Below are positions 1 through 9,726 of a DNA stretch of 64,000 nt, one piece after another. The notes below the pieces were generated by a model. It saw only the letters and a list, made by a program, of their open reading frames with translations. It searched no databases and was not told where the DNA came from. Origin of the DNA: a virus; IMG/VR virus record IMGVR_UViG_3300009527_000006, positions 1 to 64,000 of that record; one strand, given 5' to 3'. A program made the translations under genes and the position numbers. Position 1 is the stretch's first letter. Each line of letters starts with the position of its first letter.

Positions 1-171
1 AACTCAGCCACCTTCGCGACCACTGGCAACGGAGGCACCGACGCCATTATTTACACCTACAGCAACGGCAACACGCTTCGAGTGCAAAACAATGGTGAGG
101 TGAGAGTTGTAGATGGAGACGGCTTCATACAGGGCGCTACAGTCCAGCTCCAGCTAACCGCCGCCGTTTAA
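1..171 (+). CDS. 3' end of a CDS entering the window (possibly a fibre/structural protein)
   Basis: Frame 1 open from base 1 to TAA at 169-171 (NSATFATTGNGG...QLTAAV*); visibly more GC-rich than the flanks. Confidence 0.6.
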   Translation, partial: NSATFATTGNGGTDAIIYTYSNGNTLRVQNNGEVRVVDGDGFIQGATVQLQLTAAV

Positions 172-191
172 TAGTCACTTCAAAAACCCGC

Positions 192-220
192 TAGCAGACC
201 GGGAATAGTCTGCTAAAAAA
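192..220 (+). terminator. Hairpin after the partial CDS
   Basis: TAGCAGAC-8 nt-GTCTGCTA followed by an A-run. Confidence 0.4.
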
Positions 221-231
221 ACCGTAAAACT

Positions 232-239
232 TATAAATA
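232..239 (+). promoter_or_regulatory. T4-type late promoter TATAAATA
   Basis: Exact T4 gp55 consensus, 6 nt upstream of ATG 246. Confidence 0.75.
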
Positions 240-245
240 ACTAAT

Positions 246-683
246 ATGCCCACACAAGCAACACAGGACATTATCAACGATCATTTAGATGCAGTTTCAG
301 ACGAATTAGCTGAAGCCACTGCACTAAGAAATAAAGTTAGCGTAGTTTCTGCCGCACAAGCATCATTGCAATCTGCATATGATACACTTGTTGCTGCATC
401 CACTGCCACACAAGAGCAACTCCAACTTGCACTAACAACTGCCCTTGCACAAAACACCACACTTGAAGGACAACTAACTCAACTAGGTATTGATCTATCA
501 ACCATCACTACTGAAGAAGGTGTAGAAGAAGCTGCTAGAATTGCTGCTGAGGCTGCTCTTGCTACTGCTAATGCAGACTTAGCTACTGCTAACGACGACC
601 TTGCTGCCGCATTAACGGCACTACAAGACGCTATTGCAGACCTTGCAAGTGACGACTCTGCAAATGCTGCGGCTGTTGCATAA
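246..683 (+). CDS. Ala-rich coiled-coil late protein, hypothetical
   Basis: 145 aa ORF with heptad-like A/L pattern; late promoter upstream. Confidence 0.7.
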   Translation: MPTQATQDIINDHLDAVSDELAEATALRNKVSVVSAAQASLQSAYDTLVAASTATQEQLQLALTTALAQNTTLEGQLTQLGIDLSTITTEEGVEEAARIAAEAALATANADLATANDDLAAALTALQDAIADLASDDSANAAAVA

Positions 684-708
684 TTGATATAAAGTAATCA
701 ATATATAA

Positions 709-742
709 AAAGAACCGTATAGAGAAATCTATACGGTTCTTT
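709..742. terminator. Intrinsic terminator hairpin
   Basis: AAAGAACCGTATAGA-GAAA-TCTATACGGTTCTTT. Confidence 0.8.
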
Positions 743-755
743 CATAAATAACTAC

Positions 756-1277
756 ATGGCTTTACTTTCCGATATTGATAATTGCTTTTCACCGATGGAC
801 GGGATTCGCAGACCTATAAATTTTTCCAGATGCTATGTAGATACTGCGACTAATGATCAGTATATACGTTTTTACTATGATAATGGACAGACTAGATATA
901 TTAACATCACGTCTGAACCTCCTATTGCATATGGACCTGAAAATGAGGATTTTCCCACCACTCTTGTAGAAGTGGATTGTAATGATGTAAATGATAATGT
1001 TGGAAACTGGACAGACAGTTCTGGGACATATAGCACTTCTGGAACACCGCTACAAATTGCAGCAGCATCAATAGGAAGAAAATATTTATTTTTCCAAAAA
1101 CACGGAACAGATACAGTATACCTCAATATAGGAGGTGTTGCTAGTGTAAGTTCAGGTTCTATAGTTTTAGATCAACCTAATCAGATAATTGCTTTTGTTC
1201 ATGATTTTGTTCCAGATGGAGCAATTTCTATTTTTTCGGCAACTGCACCTATCAACTATACTCTCAAAACAGCATAA
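756..1277 (+). CDS. Hypothetical late/structural protein
   Basis: 173 aa ORF; CATAAATA 5 nt upstream; beta-rich C-terminus. Confidence 0.6.
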   Translation: MALLSDIDNCFSPMDGIRRPINFSRCYVDTATNDQYIRFYYDNGQTRYINITSEPPIAYGPENEDFPTTLVEVDCNDVNDNVGNWTDSSGTYSTSGTPLQIAAASIGRKYLFFQKHGTDTVYLNIGGVASVSSGSIVLDQPNQIIAFVHDFVPDGAISIFSATAPINYTLKTA

Positions 1278-1708
1278 TGAAAGAGCCTTTGTGGAAAAAT
1301 CTTCCTCCAGAAGAAGAAATATCTAATTATTTCGGATTTGTATATAAAATAACTCATCCAGAAACTGGGAAATATTATATAGGTAAAAAACAATTTTATA
1401 GAAATGTAAAATTACCTCCTACCAAAAAAATAAAAAGAAATAGGCGAGTTTCTAAAGAGAGTGATTGGAAGACATATTGGGGAAGTTCTAGAGAATTATT
1501 AGCTTTTATTGAAGAAAAAGGCATTGCTACATTTGAAAGAGAAATAATTCATTTAACAACCTGTAAATGGGAGAGTTCGTATTTAGAAGCAGTAGAACAA
1601 ATAAAGCATAATGTCCTATTAGATGATAAAAGTTTTAATGGTATACTCAATTTAAGAATAAACAAAGTTCCTAAAGCACTTAGAGACAAGTACATATTAA
1701 ATAAATAA
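1277..1708 (+). CDS. GIY-YIG (Seg-like) endonuclease
   Basis: GFVYKITHPETGKYYIGKK and YWGSS motifs. Confidence 0.8.
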   Translation: MKEPLWKNLPPEEEISNYFGFVYKITHPETGKYYIGKKQFYRNVKLPPTKKIKRNRRVSKESDWKTYWGSSRELLAFIEEKGIATFEREIIHLTTCKWESSYLEAVEQIKHNVLLDDKSFNGILNLRINKVPKALRDKYILNK

Positions 1709-1714
1709 TTAACA

Positions 1715-2443
1715 ATGACTTCATTTCGAGATTATTTTTATTTCCTTCTAGAAAATAAACAAACTTCATTAGAATTATTAAAAAAATTATTTCCAAATGA
1801 TCACTCATTACAACAATCTATTTTTCAATTAGATGAAACACCTAGTAAAGGTGATATTTCAACAATAGTTAAATTATATTTTTCAGCAAATAGAGACTTA
1901 AATCAATTATCCAGTTATCTTAAAAAATACTATAAACTAAAAAGAAATAATATTAAATTTCAGCTTCCAACTGATTTTATTTCTTTTACTGAAAAAATAG
2001 ATCAATTAGAATATAAACAATCTCAAAAATTAAAACCAGTTGATAATTCTACAGTAAAAATAACTGAAGGTGAAGATGAAAATAAATTAGCAGAAGATCA
2101 ATATTTAATAATTTACAAAGCACATTCACAAAGAGCATGTGTGAAATATGGAGAAGGATATACTTTTTGTATTTCTCGTTCTGCTGGAGGTAATATGTAT
2201 AATAATTATAGATTATCTAAAGATTCTACATTTTATTTTATATTTTTCAAAAATGTTCCAAAAAGCAATCCTAAACATGTTTTGGTATTAGATAAAACTA
2301 GTGATGGGTGGGAATGGACATTTGCAGATAATGCTACTGAAAAAACTACATGGAATGAAGTAATTTCTACTTTTCCTTCTTTAGAAAAATATGAACATTT
2401 ATTTGTTAATAAACCTAAAACACCGGAGGAAAATAAAAAATAG
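1715..2443 (+). CDS. Hypothetical late protein; N-terminal part of a frameshifted gene
   Basis: 242 aa; ACVKYGEGYTFCISR motif; ends GAA AAT AAA AAA TAG, and the -1 frame continues into the next ORF. Confidence 0.7.
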   Translation: MTSFRDYFYFLLENKQTSLELLKKLFPNDHSLQQSIFQLDETPSKGDISTIVKLYFSANRDLNQLSSYLKKYYKLKRNNIKFQLPTDFISFTEKIDQLEYKQSQKLKPVDNSTVKITEGEDENKLAEDQYLIIYKAHSQRACVKYGEGYTFCISRSAGGNMYNNYRLSKDSTFYFIFFKNVPKSNPKHVLVLDKTSDGWEWTFADNATEKTTWNEVISTFPSLEKYEHLFVNKPKTPEENKK

Positions 2444-2448
2444 TAGAT

Positions 2449-3474
2449 TTGAAGAAATTTGAATATAAACAATCATTAGAAATGTTCAAATCATTTGATG
2501 CTGATACGAGATTGGTAGTATTAACATCTGGAATTGCTATTATTGATGAAATTTATGACACATTAAATTTAGAATTGAAAAATGAATATGTTTCTCAAGG
2601 ACCGAATTTAACTGAAAACCAAGTAAATGATATTAGTAAAAATAGTAGTCTAAGAAAAAGATATGTTGAAAGACGGGATATTAGTTTTACGCAAATGGTA
2701 AATACTGGTAAATATGAATTTAATAATTTGGATTTAGAAGTAAAATCAATTCAAATTAAAATAGAAGAAGGAAGAAGTAAAGCACAGAAGATAGTAGATA
2801 GTTATTCTGGAGGAAATTTAAATTTAAGATATATGTGGTTAATAGAATTACCTGATATGTCTAAAATAGATGTGACTGGTGATTTTTTGTGCGCATATAA
2901 TGAACTTGCATCGTTGAAAGGTTGTCCTAGAAGTGTTGTTGGAAGTTTTCATTGTAGCAATAATCAATTATCAACATTAGAAGGTTCTCCTAGTAGAGTT
3001 GGAGGTGATTTTTATTGCAATTATAATAAATTAAAAACACTAGAAGGTGCTCCTAGTAGGGTTGGAGGTGATTTTGAGTGCAATTTTAATAATTTAATAA
3101 CATTAGAAGGTGCTCCTAGTAGTGTTGGAAGAGGTTTTTATTGTAATGATAATAAATTAACAACACTACTAGGTGCTCCTAGTAGTGTTGGAGGATTTTT
3201 TAATTGTAAGGTTAATAAATTAACAACACTACTAGGAGCACCTAGTAGTGTTGGAAGAAGTTTCTATTGCAATTATAATAAGCTAATAACATTAGAAGGT
3301 TCTCCTAGTAGTGTTGGAGGAAGTTTTGAGTGTGATACTAATTCTGATTTAATTTCATTAAAAGGTGCTCCGGCAAAAATAGGGGCAAGATTTCTTTACC
3401 CTGATAAATTTACAGAAGAAGACGCTGACACTGCAATGACAGAGCGGAGAAAGCAACTATCTATACAACAGTAG
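2449..3474 (+). CDS. Leucine-rich-repeat-like protein (C-terminal part of the frameshifted gene)
   Basis: 22-aa repeats NKLxTLEGAPSSVGGxFxC. Confidence 0.75.
   Translation: MKKFEYKQSLEMFKSFDADTRLVVLTSGIAIIDEIYDTLNLELKNEYVSQGPNLTENQVNDISKNSSLRKRYVERRDISFTQMVNTGKYEFNNLDLEVKSIQIKIEEGRSKAQKIVDSYSGGNLNLRYMWLIELPDMSKIDVTGDFLCAYNELASLKGCPRSVVGSFHCSNNQLSTLEGSPSRVGGDFYCNYNKLKTLEGAPSRVGGDFECNFNNLITLEGAPSSVGRGFYCNDNKLTTLLGAPSSVGGFFNCKVNKLTTLLGAPSSVGRSFYCNYNKLITLEGSPSSVGGSFECDTNSDLISLKGAPAKIGARFLYPDKFTEEDADTAMTERRKQLSIQQ
2872..3385 (+). repeat. 66-bp tandem coding repeat, ~7-8 units
   Basis: Recurring GGTGCTCCTAGTAGTGTTGGAGG...TGCAAT at 66-bp period. Confidence 0.85.
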
Positions 3475-3483
3475 TTATATATC

Positions 3484-3789
3484 CTACATATTGTCTGTCT
3501 CTTTGTCCAATTTATAGTAAGCAATATTTATAAGAGATGCCACTCTTTCTAGTAGAAAGGAAACTATAGTTGAAGCCAGCGCAAATGGAAATACATATTC
3601 TTTAGTAAGATATATGGCAGATAGTAGCATACCAGACCAAAATCCGGTACACATTGAACACGAAAATAATTCTTTCAAAATAGAAATCTTTGACCATAAA
3701 GGTCTTAGCCCCATCTTATCCATAATAACACTGTCTACTATGATTATAGTCAAACCTGCGGATGCCAAAAGAAGAAAAAATACATTCAT
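3484..3789 (-). CDS. Small membrane protein with CxxC (DUF1360-like)
   Basis: Three hydrophobic segments; CSMCTGFW. Confidence 0.6.
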   Translation of the reverse strand: MNVFFLLLASAGLTIIIVDSVIMDKMGLRPLWSKISILKELFSCSMCTGFWSGMLLSAIYLTKEYVFPFALASTIVSFLLERVASLINIAYYKLDKETDNM

Positions 3790-3889
3790 ATGATCTAATT
3801 AGCGAAAAATTAGCGCATTTCATTAAAGTATTGTTTTTTATATACTTGTTATTAAATATTTCAATAAAAAAAAAATAGCATTTACTATA

Positions 3890-4660
3890 GTGTTAAATGG
3901 TATGCCTTATATTAAAAAACAAGCGGAAATAATACCTAAAGTCTTTGATCACTGGTATATAGTAGAAGGATATTCGTTTCCTGTGAAAGATACTAGATGG
4001 TGTAGAAATATCAATACATCTCAATTTACTAAAAACTTACTATCTATAGATGGGACGACTGAATTTTTAGATTCGATAAAAAATGAGAACATAACAATAA
4101 TAAGAAAAAATGATGGATGGCAGGGAAAAGTTGAAATGTGCAATTCATTTGCTTCAGAGTTAGATGAGTGTATTTTGATGGAATTTGATGTTGATGAAAT
4201 ATGGAATGAAGGCGTTCTTAATCAAGTATTAAATTTTTCTGAAAATAATCCTATGTTTGATGCTATGCTATTCAATTGTAATTATTACGTAGGAACTAAT
4301 CATAAACTCATTGGTGAAAATTGTTATGGAAATAAAAAAGGCGAATGGCTGAGACTTTGGAACATTAAAAAGCCGTCCTATTGGATTTCACATGAGCCAC
4401 CTAGATTAAATACTACGCAAAAATATCTATCTAAAGAATTTACTAAAAACATGGGATGGATATTTGACCATTATGCTTATGTAACAGAGTCTCAACTAAA
4501 ATTTAAGGAAAATTATTATGGTTATCAAAATGCCGTAGAGCAGTGGAAAGCATTGCAACAAGTTAAAGATTTTCCAGTGAATTTGAAAGATTATTTTTCT
4601 TGGGTGTCGGATCATGCTCAAGTTGATTATGTGAAACAACTTCCTCATAATTTTGACTAG
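3890..4660 (+). CDS. Putative glycosyltransferase (GT-A fold)
   Basis: IVEG, DGTTEFL, EFDVDEIW (DxD) and HYAY motifs. Confidence 0.65.
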   Translation: MLNGMPYIKKQAEIIPKVFDHWYIVEGYSFPVKDTRWCRNINTSQFTKNLLSIDGTTEFLDSIKNENITIIRKNDGWQGKVEMCNSFASELDECILMEFDVDEIWNEGVLNQVLNFSENNPMFDAMLFNCNYYVGTNHKLIGENCYGNKKGEWLRLWNIKKPSYWISHEPPRLNTTQKYLSKEFTKNMGWIFDHYAYVTESQLKFKENYYGYQNAVEQWKALQQVKDFPVNLKDYFSWVSDHAQVDYVKQLPHNFD

Positions 4661-4689
4661 ATATTTTTTAATTACAGGTAAATAATACT

Positions 4690-5370
4690 ATGCCAATTAT
4701 CAGAAAACTTATTGTTGAACATCCTTGCTATGATGTTGAACCGTTGATGGAAAGAAAAAATTTAGATCAAGAACCTAGATATTATTTCACTGGTCAATAT
4801 CTAATGCTATCCAGAAAAAATAAGAATAATAGAATTTATGAAGAAAGTGAAATGCTTCCTGCTATTGACCGATATATCGCAGATTATGTCAAGCACAATC
4901 GCGGTGGAGGAGAATGTAATCACTCATTAGAGCCCGAAATGAAACTTGATAGATTGGCCCACAAAATTGTAGAATTGAAAAGAGATACATCTGAACCAGA
5001 TTTTTATATAGGAAAATCTGAAATTCTCACAGAAAATCCTCCCGGAAAAATACTAGCCGGACTTATTAAGCACAACGTAAATTGGGGTCTTAGTTCTAAA
5101 TGTCTGGGCCAGATAGAAGAGTCTGAAAGAGGTAATCTTGTAAAATCTCCTATCATTCTGGGAGTAGATGCAGTATGGGACGCATCTGCAAATACTAAGT
5201 TTATTAACGGAATATATGAAGAGCGTGAATGGATAATTGGTGATGACCAGAAAGTATACGAAGCATTTCAAGGATTTTCCAAGGCTCATACAAATTACAT
5301 TTCCAAACATCGTTCAGAGGTCAATGCTCACATCATAGAGCAATTATCTAAATTCTTAAAATCACTGTAA
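4690..5370 (+). CDS. gp21: Prohead core protease (T4 gp21-like)
   Basis: NKNNRIY, GECNH, GKILAGLI..NVNWGLSS and DAVWDAS motifs. Confidence 0.9.
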   Translation: MPIIRKLIVEHPCYDVEPLMERKNLDQEPRYYFTGQYLMLSRKNKNNRIYEESEMLPAIDRYIADYVKHNRGGGECNHSLEPEMKLDRLAHKIVELKRDTSEPDFYIGKSEILTENPPGKILAGLIKHNVNWGLSSKCLGQIEESERGNLVKSPIILGVDAVWDASANTKFINGIYEEREWIIGDDQKVYEAFQGFSKAHTNYISKHRSEVNAHIIEQLSKFLKSL

Positions 5371-5374
5371 CTTT

Positions 5375-5914
5375 ATGACTGCAAAATTTGACAAAACATT
5401 AAAGGAAATGTTTCCTGATATTATTGATATGATCCCTGTAGGAGACATAACTGTGACAAAAGAGTATCCAGAAGATACTGAAGAAGAACCTATTGCGGAA
5501 GATATTTCAGAAACAGAAATTGCTACAAAGATAATAGAAAAAACTAAAAAATTGAGAAAAAAGATAGGTCAAGAATCTTACCACTATGCTAAGCAAATTA
5601 TAGACCTTGCAGAAAAATTATTAGATATTCATCCTCAAATAGAAATAGTTCAATTAGAAGAGTCTGTCAAAGATGATATTCTGATAGCATACAAAAGACT
5701 CTCTAGAAAGGGTTCTAGCACAACCGTCACTATTCCAGAATTAGCAGTTGAAGTAGGAATTCCATTAGACGATCTTAAAAAAGAACTTTTAGAAATCAAT
5801 GACACTAATTATGGAGGTTTATATCTTGAACCTCATGATAAACCTAATAGATTGAGTGACGGAGAAAAGCACTTTTTGATTAAAAATATATACTATGGAG
5901 TAGGGAGTTTCTAA
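5375..5914 (+). CDS. Hypothetical acidic protein, possibly an internal head protein
   Basis: 179 aa ORF directly after gp21. Confidence 0.6.
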   Translation: MTAKFDKTLKEMFPDIIDMIPVGDITVTKEYPEDTEEEPIAEDISETEIATKIIEKTKKLRKKIGQESYHYAKQIIDLAEKLLDIHPQIEIVQLEESVKDDILIAYKRLSRKGSSTTVTIPELAVEVGIPLDDLKKELLEINDTNYGGLYLEPHDKPNRLSDGEKHFLIKNIYYGVGSF

Positions 5915-5959
5915 AAACAAAAATCCGATAAATCTTAAATTTATCGGATTTTTGTTTTT
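5913..5959. terminator. Bidirectional terminator between convergent genes
   Basis: AAAAACAAAAATCCGATAAAT / ATTTATCGGATTTTTGTTTTT inverted repeat. Confidence 0.85.
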
Positions 5960-6069
5960 TTTTTTACTAAACACTGCTATTTGCTATTAGTAGCAACCTG
6001 AATGCTCTCAAGTAATAATAATTTCTGCCGCGTTTAGCAAAACAAAAATGTTTATTACATGGATACTTC

Positions 6070-6453
6070 TTACACAGATGAAATTTCAATGTCATGATTT
6101 TTAATAGGCTCTTCTTTTTCAGATGTTGTTATTACTGAATTTATAGATTTTTCTAATTCATCTTTCCAATCTTTCCTCGAAAGTTTAACTGATAAAATTT
6201 TATCTCTTTGAATATCACTTTTCAGAGATTTCAAATTTATTTTAAGAGAAATAAACATTTCAAAGGGGGTAGTTAACACTAGAGTAGAATGATGAACATT
6301 ATTTTCATCATAAATTTTGGCAGAAACACCTACAATAGTAGGGTCACTCACTGTTTCTTTGTTAATTTCTAAGAAATTGATCCATTGTTTCTTAATGAAA
6401 TTAGGAATAATAGATAAATCTACTTTAACGGTTTTGTCTAATTTATTAGTCAT
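6070..6453 (-). CDS. Hypothetical protein
   Basis: 127 aa ORF overlapping the upstream gene. Confidence 0.6.
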   Translation of the reverse strand: MTNKLDKTVKVDLSIIPNFIKKQWINFLEINKETVSDPTIVGVSAKIYDENNVHHSTLVLTTPFEMFISLKINLKSLKSDIQRDKILSVKLSRKDWKDELEKSINSVITTSEKEEPIKNHDIEISSV

Positions 6454-6850
6454 CTTGTTCTATTAACCGTTTCAATTCTAAAAATTCAACAAAAATATCT
6501 GATGGTATTCCTTCTTCCTGAAATTGATCAGAATGTTTGATACTGTTAACTAAATCTATAGACTGTTCTTTAATTTTAATTAACCTAGAATATTCATTTG
6601 CCAAAAATAATACACGCTCAGAAATTTTCTCTACGGAATCCGGGATTTTCAAAATATCCCTCATCACATATGCTCTAATTTCAACAGAATTCATTTTTCT
6701 TGAAGGACAATGGCCTGATGGATAACTGTGATAGTGTTCCCATACAGAGCCATTAAATCTCCAATTAACTAATTCATCTCTTCCCGTAGCAGATGCAAGA
6801 ATTTTACCACAATCACAAATCCAGTACAAATCAGATTCATTCATTTGCAT
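6446..6850 (-). CDS. Hypothetical protein with Cys/His cluster
   Basis: 134 aa; CDCG...HYH..GHCP. Confidence 0.6.
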   Translation of the reverse strand: MQMNESDLYWICDCGKILASATGRDELVNWRFNGSVWEHYHSYPSGHCPSRKMNSVEIRAYVMRDILKIPDSVEKISERVLFLANEYSRLIKIKEQSIDLVNSIKHSDQFQEEGIPSDIFVEFLELKRLIEQDD

Positions 6851-6855
6851 AGTAT

Positions 6856-8187
6856 TTAGCTCGCGTCCTCCACATCTATAAAATCTGATTTCAATTTTGC
6901 AATACCTTCCATGACACGGAACGGAAAGCTCTTGTATTTGTATAGGTCAGGACGTAATCCATAGTTATCCACTCGAACTACTACGCCTTCACAAATATGA
7001 GATGGATCATTATAATCCTCACACAGATTTTTTTCATTTTCTGCAAGAAATACTGCCTGTTGAAAAAGAGCATCTTTATTTCCATCATACACAAAAGTAT
7101 CTACAAGCGTCTTCACCACAGGAATGTTTCTTTTATTACACCAATCTACCATTTGAGAATGGCTCAGGTCCATTTCCACGCCATCAGGATTAGTATAAGA
7201 GATGCGGTATACGCAAATGTTAAATTCATCCTGCATACACCCATACTTGTAAACAACTTTTTTACCATACTTCTGAACAAAAGCATCATCTTTCAATTTA
7301 GTAACATCATGCGTTCCCATAACAGGAGCACCATTGACGTATCCAACAATCTCAAGATAGATGGTCATATTTTTTTCCAGATAGGGTTTTAAAGTTTGTA
7401 AAATATCATAACGATACTTTTCCGAGCCATGAAAACCTGTTTTATTCTCACCATCAGAACCAAGAACGACTCTACGAGTTCCAACTACATACTCATAATC
7501 AGTAACTGATTTTTTAATTTGCCGTGTTTTTTTAATGTTCCTCTTTAGTGAAGGAACGTAAATTTTATCTACAACAGTTTCAACCACTTCTTTTGCAACT
7601 GGAGTAAAGGAATAACGACCAGAAGTTCCGTGATTCTTAGAAGTTATAGTTACTAAAGAACCTTTTGGAATACTATCAATATAGTAAGATAACTGTTCAG
7701 TATCAAGATGTTCATGGAACAATGGAGTAGAATTTTTTTTCCTAGAAGTATTAGAATTTCTAGCACCAGCAGTTTTAGCATTATAAAACTTATTACATAT
7801 TTGATGTTCATTCAGTTCATCAAAAGAATCACCGAATTTAAAAACAGATATGTCATATCCGGTATACGATAGACTGTCTAGAGACATAAAAAGACCCTCA
7901 CTCTTAGTTTTTAAGAATTTCTGAACTTTAAGTTTTCTATTATCTTCTAAATAACCTTTTGCGTTCACATCAGAATTATATTCTGAATGACGGTATAGGT
8001 TATTCATCTTAGCATATTCGTCAGATAACTGAATATCAGTTGCTTCGAAAAATACTCCCAAATCACCTACTTGTACATTTTTAGATACGATAACATTAAA
8101 TCCGTATACTACAGCAGACTGAACAAAATCTGCACCGTCTATGGGGATTATTTTATCAACCTTTCCTATTCTTGCTAAATGTTTCAT
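6856..8187 (-). CDS. RNA ligase (DRB0094/Rnl2-like)
   Basis: N-terminal OB-like domain (IIPIDGADFV); motif I SKNHGTSG; EGVVVR; YKYKS. Confidence 0.8.
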   Translation of the reverse strand: MKHLARIGKVDKIIPIDGADFVQSAVVYGFNVIVSKNVQVGDLGVFFEATDIQLSDEYAKMNNLYRHSEYNSDVNAKGYLEDNRKLKVQKFLKTKSEGLFMSLDSLSYTGYDISVFKFGDSFDELNEHQICNKFYNAKTAGARNSNTSRKKNSTPLFHEHLDTEQLSYYIDSIPKGSLVTITSKNHGTSGRYSFTPVAKEVVETVVDKIYVPSLKRNIKKTRQIKKSVTDYEYVVGTRRVVLGSDGENKTGFHGSEKYRYDILQTLKPYLEKNMTIYLEIVGYVNGAPVMGTHDVTKLKDDAFVQKYGKKVVYKYGCMQDEFNICVYRISYTNPDGVEMDLSHSQMVDWCNKRNIPVVKTLVDTFVYDGNKDALFQQAVFLAENEKNLCEDYNDPSHICEGVVVRVDNYGLRPDLYKYKSFPFRVMEGIAKLKSDFIDVEDAS

Positions 8188-8193
8188 GTTGCT

Positions 8194-8221
8194 AATGTAT
8201 CTGTTGTTGTGGGTATGTCAA
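8194..8221 (-). promoter_or_regulatory. Sigma70-like early promoter
   Basis: TTGACA-16-TACATT, 6 nt before the RNA ligase ATG. Confidence 0.65.
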
Positions 8222-8228
8222 GTAAAAT

Positions 8229-8537
8229 TTATTTTTTAGAGTAAACATCAAAAGTGGTCTTAATAGTTTCTAGTGAAGTGCTGCCTGTAATACGTTTAAC
8301 CTCGATGCCATCTTTATAAAAGATAAAAATAGGAACGGACCTTATACCAAGTTCCTGCGCTAATTCAGGTTCTTCATCTACATCTAATGTTTTTATGGGA
8401 TAATTAGTTTCATCCCATCCTACCATATTTTTTGCCATAGCCTTACAAGGCCCGCACCAAGGAGCCTCTACCTTAATAATTAAGGAACTGTTTTCTGTTA
8501 ATGTCTGGTTATATGTGATTGTAGTAACTTTTTCCAT
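8229..8537 (-). CDS. Thioredoxin
   Basis: WCGPC active site and SVP; likely start ATG 8537 after TTGCAT-16-TACTTT. Confidence 0.9.
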   Translation of the reverse strand: MEKVTTITYNQTLTENSSLIIKVEAPWCGPCKAMAKNMVGWDETNYPIKTLDVDEEPELAQELGIRSVPIFIFYKDGIEVKRITGSTSLETIKTTFDVYSKK

Positions 8538-8591
8538 GTCACAAAGTAGCATATAAGTCAATATATGCAAGAAAAAACTAAATAATTTTTT

Positions 8592-8759
8592 ATGACACCG
8601 AAAACAATTAAAAATGCAAGAGAATTTCTATATAACCTTGGCCGCGAGGATTATGCAAAAAGTAATATTAATTTAAGAAATATAGTAGATGAGAAATACC
8701 AACAAAGATTTAATGAAGCTATGACAAAAGTGGAAAATGCTTCTAAAAGAAAAGTTTAA
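8592..8759 (+). CDS. 55-aa prohead core-like protein (gp67/68 position); not in the ORF track
   Basis: MTPKTIKNAREFLYNLGREDY...RKV*; CTAAATA upstream; directly before the scaffold gene. Confidence 0.6.
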   Translation: MTPKTIKNAREFLYNLGREDYAKSNINLRNIVDEKYQQRFNEAMTKVENASKRKV

Positions 8760-8783
8760 TATTTTTTCAATAAATAAATCATT

Positions 8784-9680
8784 ATGGGAATTCAAACAAT
8801 ACTAGAAAGTCTGGACGAGCAAATCTTTACTCCAGATCTTAAAGAAAATCTCAAGTCTGTCTTTGAAAGCACTATCAATCAAAAGGTGCAAGAAAGATTA
8901 GATCTGGAACTCTCCAGCATGGACGAATCACATGCTAATAAAATGAAGAGTGTTCTGGAAAGCATGGAAACTGCTTTTGAGCAATATAAAAAAGATGTAG
9001 ATGAAGATCATTCAAGTAAGCTTAAAACTGTTCTTGAGCATCTAAAAAACAAGCACAATAATGAATTAAAGATTGTAGCTGAAAGTTATGAAAAGGTGCT
9101 TAAAGACACCGCAGTCACTCATAGAGATGAACTAGTTCTCGCGGTAGAATCTTATATTGAAGAGTATCTTGGTGAAGCCATTCCAGTTAAACAAATTGAA
9201 GAAGCTGCTAAAAATACTTTTGCACTAAAGCAATTAGACGAGGCTAGAAAGGTCTTGGGAATAGATAAAACTATGATAAGTGAAAATCTTAAACAGGGCA
9301 TCTTAGAAGGAAAAAAAGAAATGGATCGTCTGTCTAAAGAAAATGCTGATAGGAAAAGAGCACTTGCTATCTCTGAGAGTAAAAGAGTTTTAACCGAAAA
9401 AACTGCAAATCTTCCAGTAGAAATGGCAAAATATGTTAGACAGCGCTTTGCTGGAAAAACCGCTAATTTCATTCAAGAAAATTTTTCTTATGTTGTAGAT
9501 ATGTATAATAAAAACGAAACTATAAATCGTTCAACACTCATAAAAGAACATAATAATATTCCACAAGTTGATCGCGCAAAATATATTGCAGATGAGAAAC
9601 AGAAAGCTAGCAAACCAGTCATTTCAGAATCCAACGATATCATGGATCAGTATGTAAGATTGCTAAGCACTTCTATGTAA
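8784..9680 (+). CDS. gp22: Prohead core scaffold protein (gp22-like)
   Basis: Coiled-coil; VFESTINQKV; C-terminal MDQYV; precedes the capsid gene. Confidence 0.8.
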   Translation: MGIQTILESLDEQIFTPDLKENLKSVFESTINQKVQERLDLELSSMDESHANKMKSVLESMETAFEQYKKDVDEDHSSKLKTVLEHLKNKHNNELKIVAESYEKVLKDTAVTHRDELVLAVESYIEEYLGEAIPVKQIEEAAKNTFALKQLDEARKVLGIDKTMISENLKQGILEGKKEMDRLSKENADRKRALAISESKRVLTEKTANLPVEMAKYVRQRFAGKTANFIQENFSYVVDMYNKNETINRSTLIKEHNNIPQVDRAKYIADEKQKASKPVISESNDIMDQYVRLLSTSM

Positions 9681-9726
9681 TAGGATTTCCTATTAGAAAA
9701 ATTAATCAAAACACTAAATAAAAAAT

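Noticed and set aside
2441-2449. TAG readthrough or alternative genetic code
   Set aside because: The downstream ORF is in a different frame, and core genes are intact under code 11 with TAG used as a stop.
2872-3385. Diversity-generating retroelement target
   Set aside because: No reverse transcriptase and no separate template repeat in the window; repeats are tandem and in frame.
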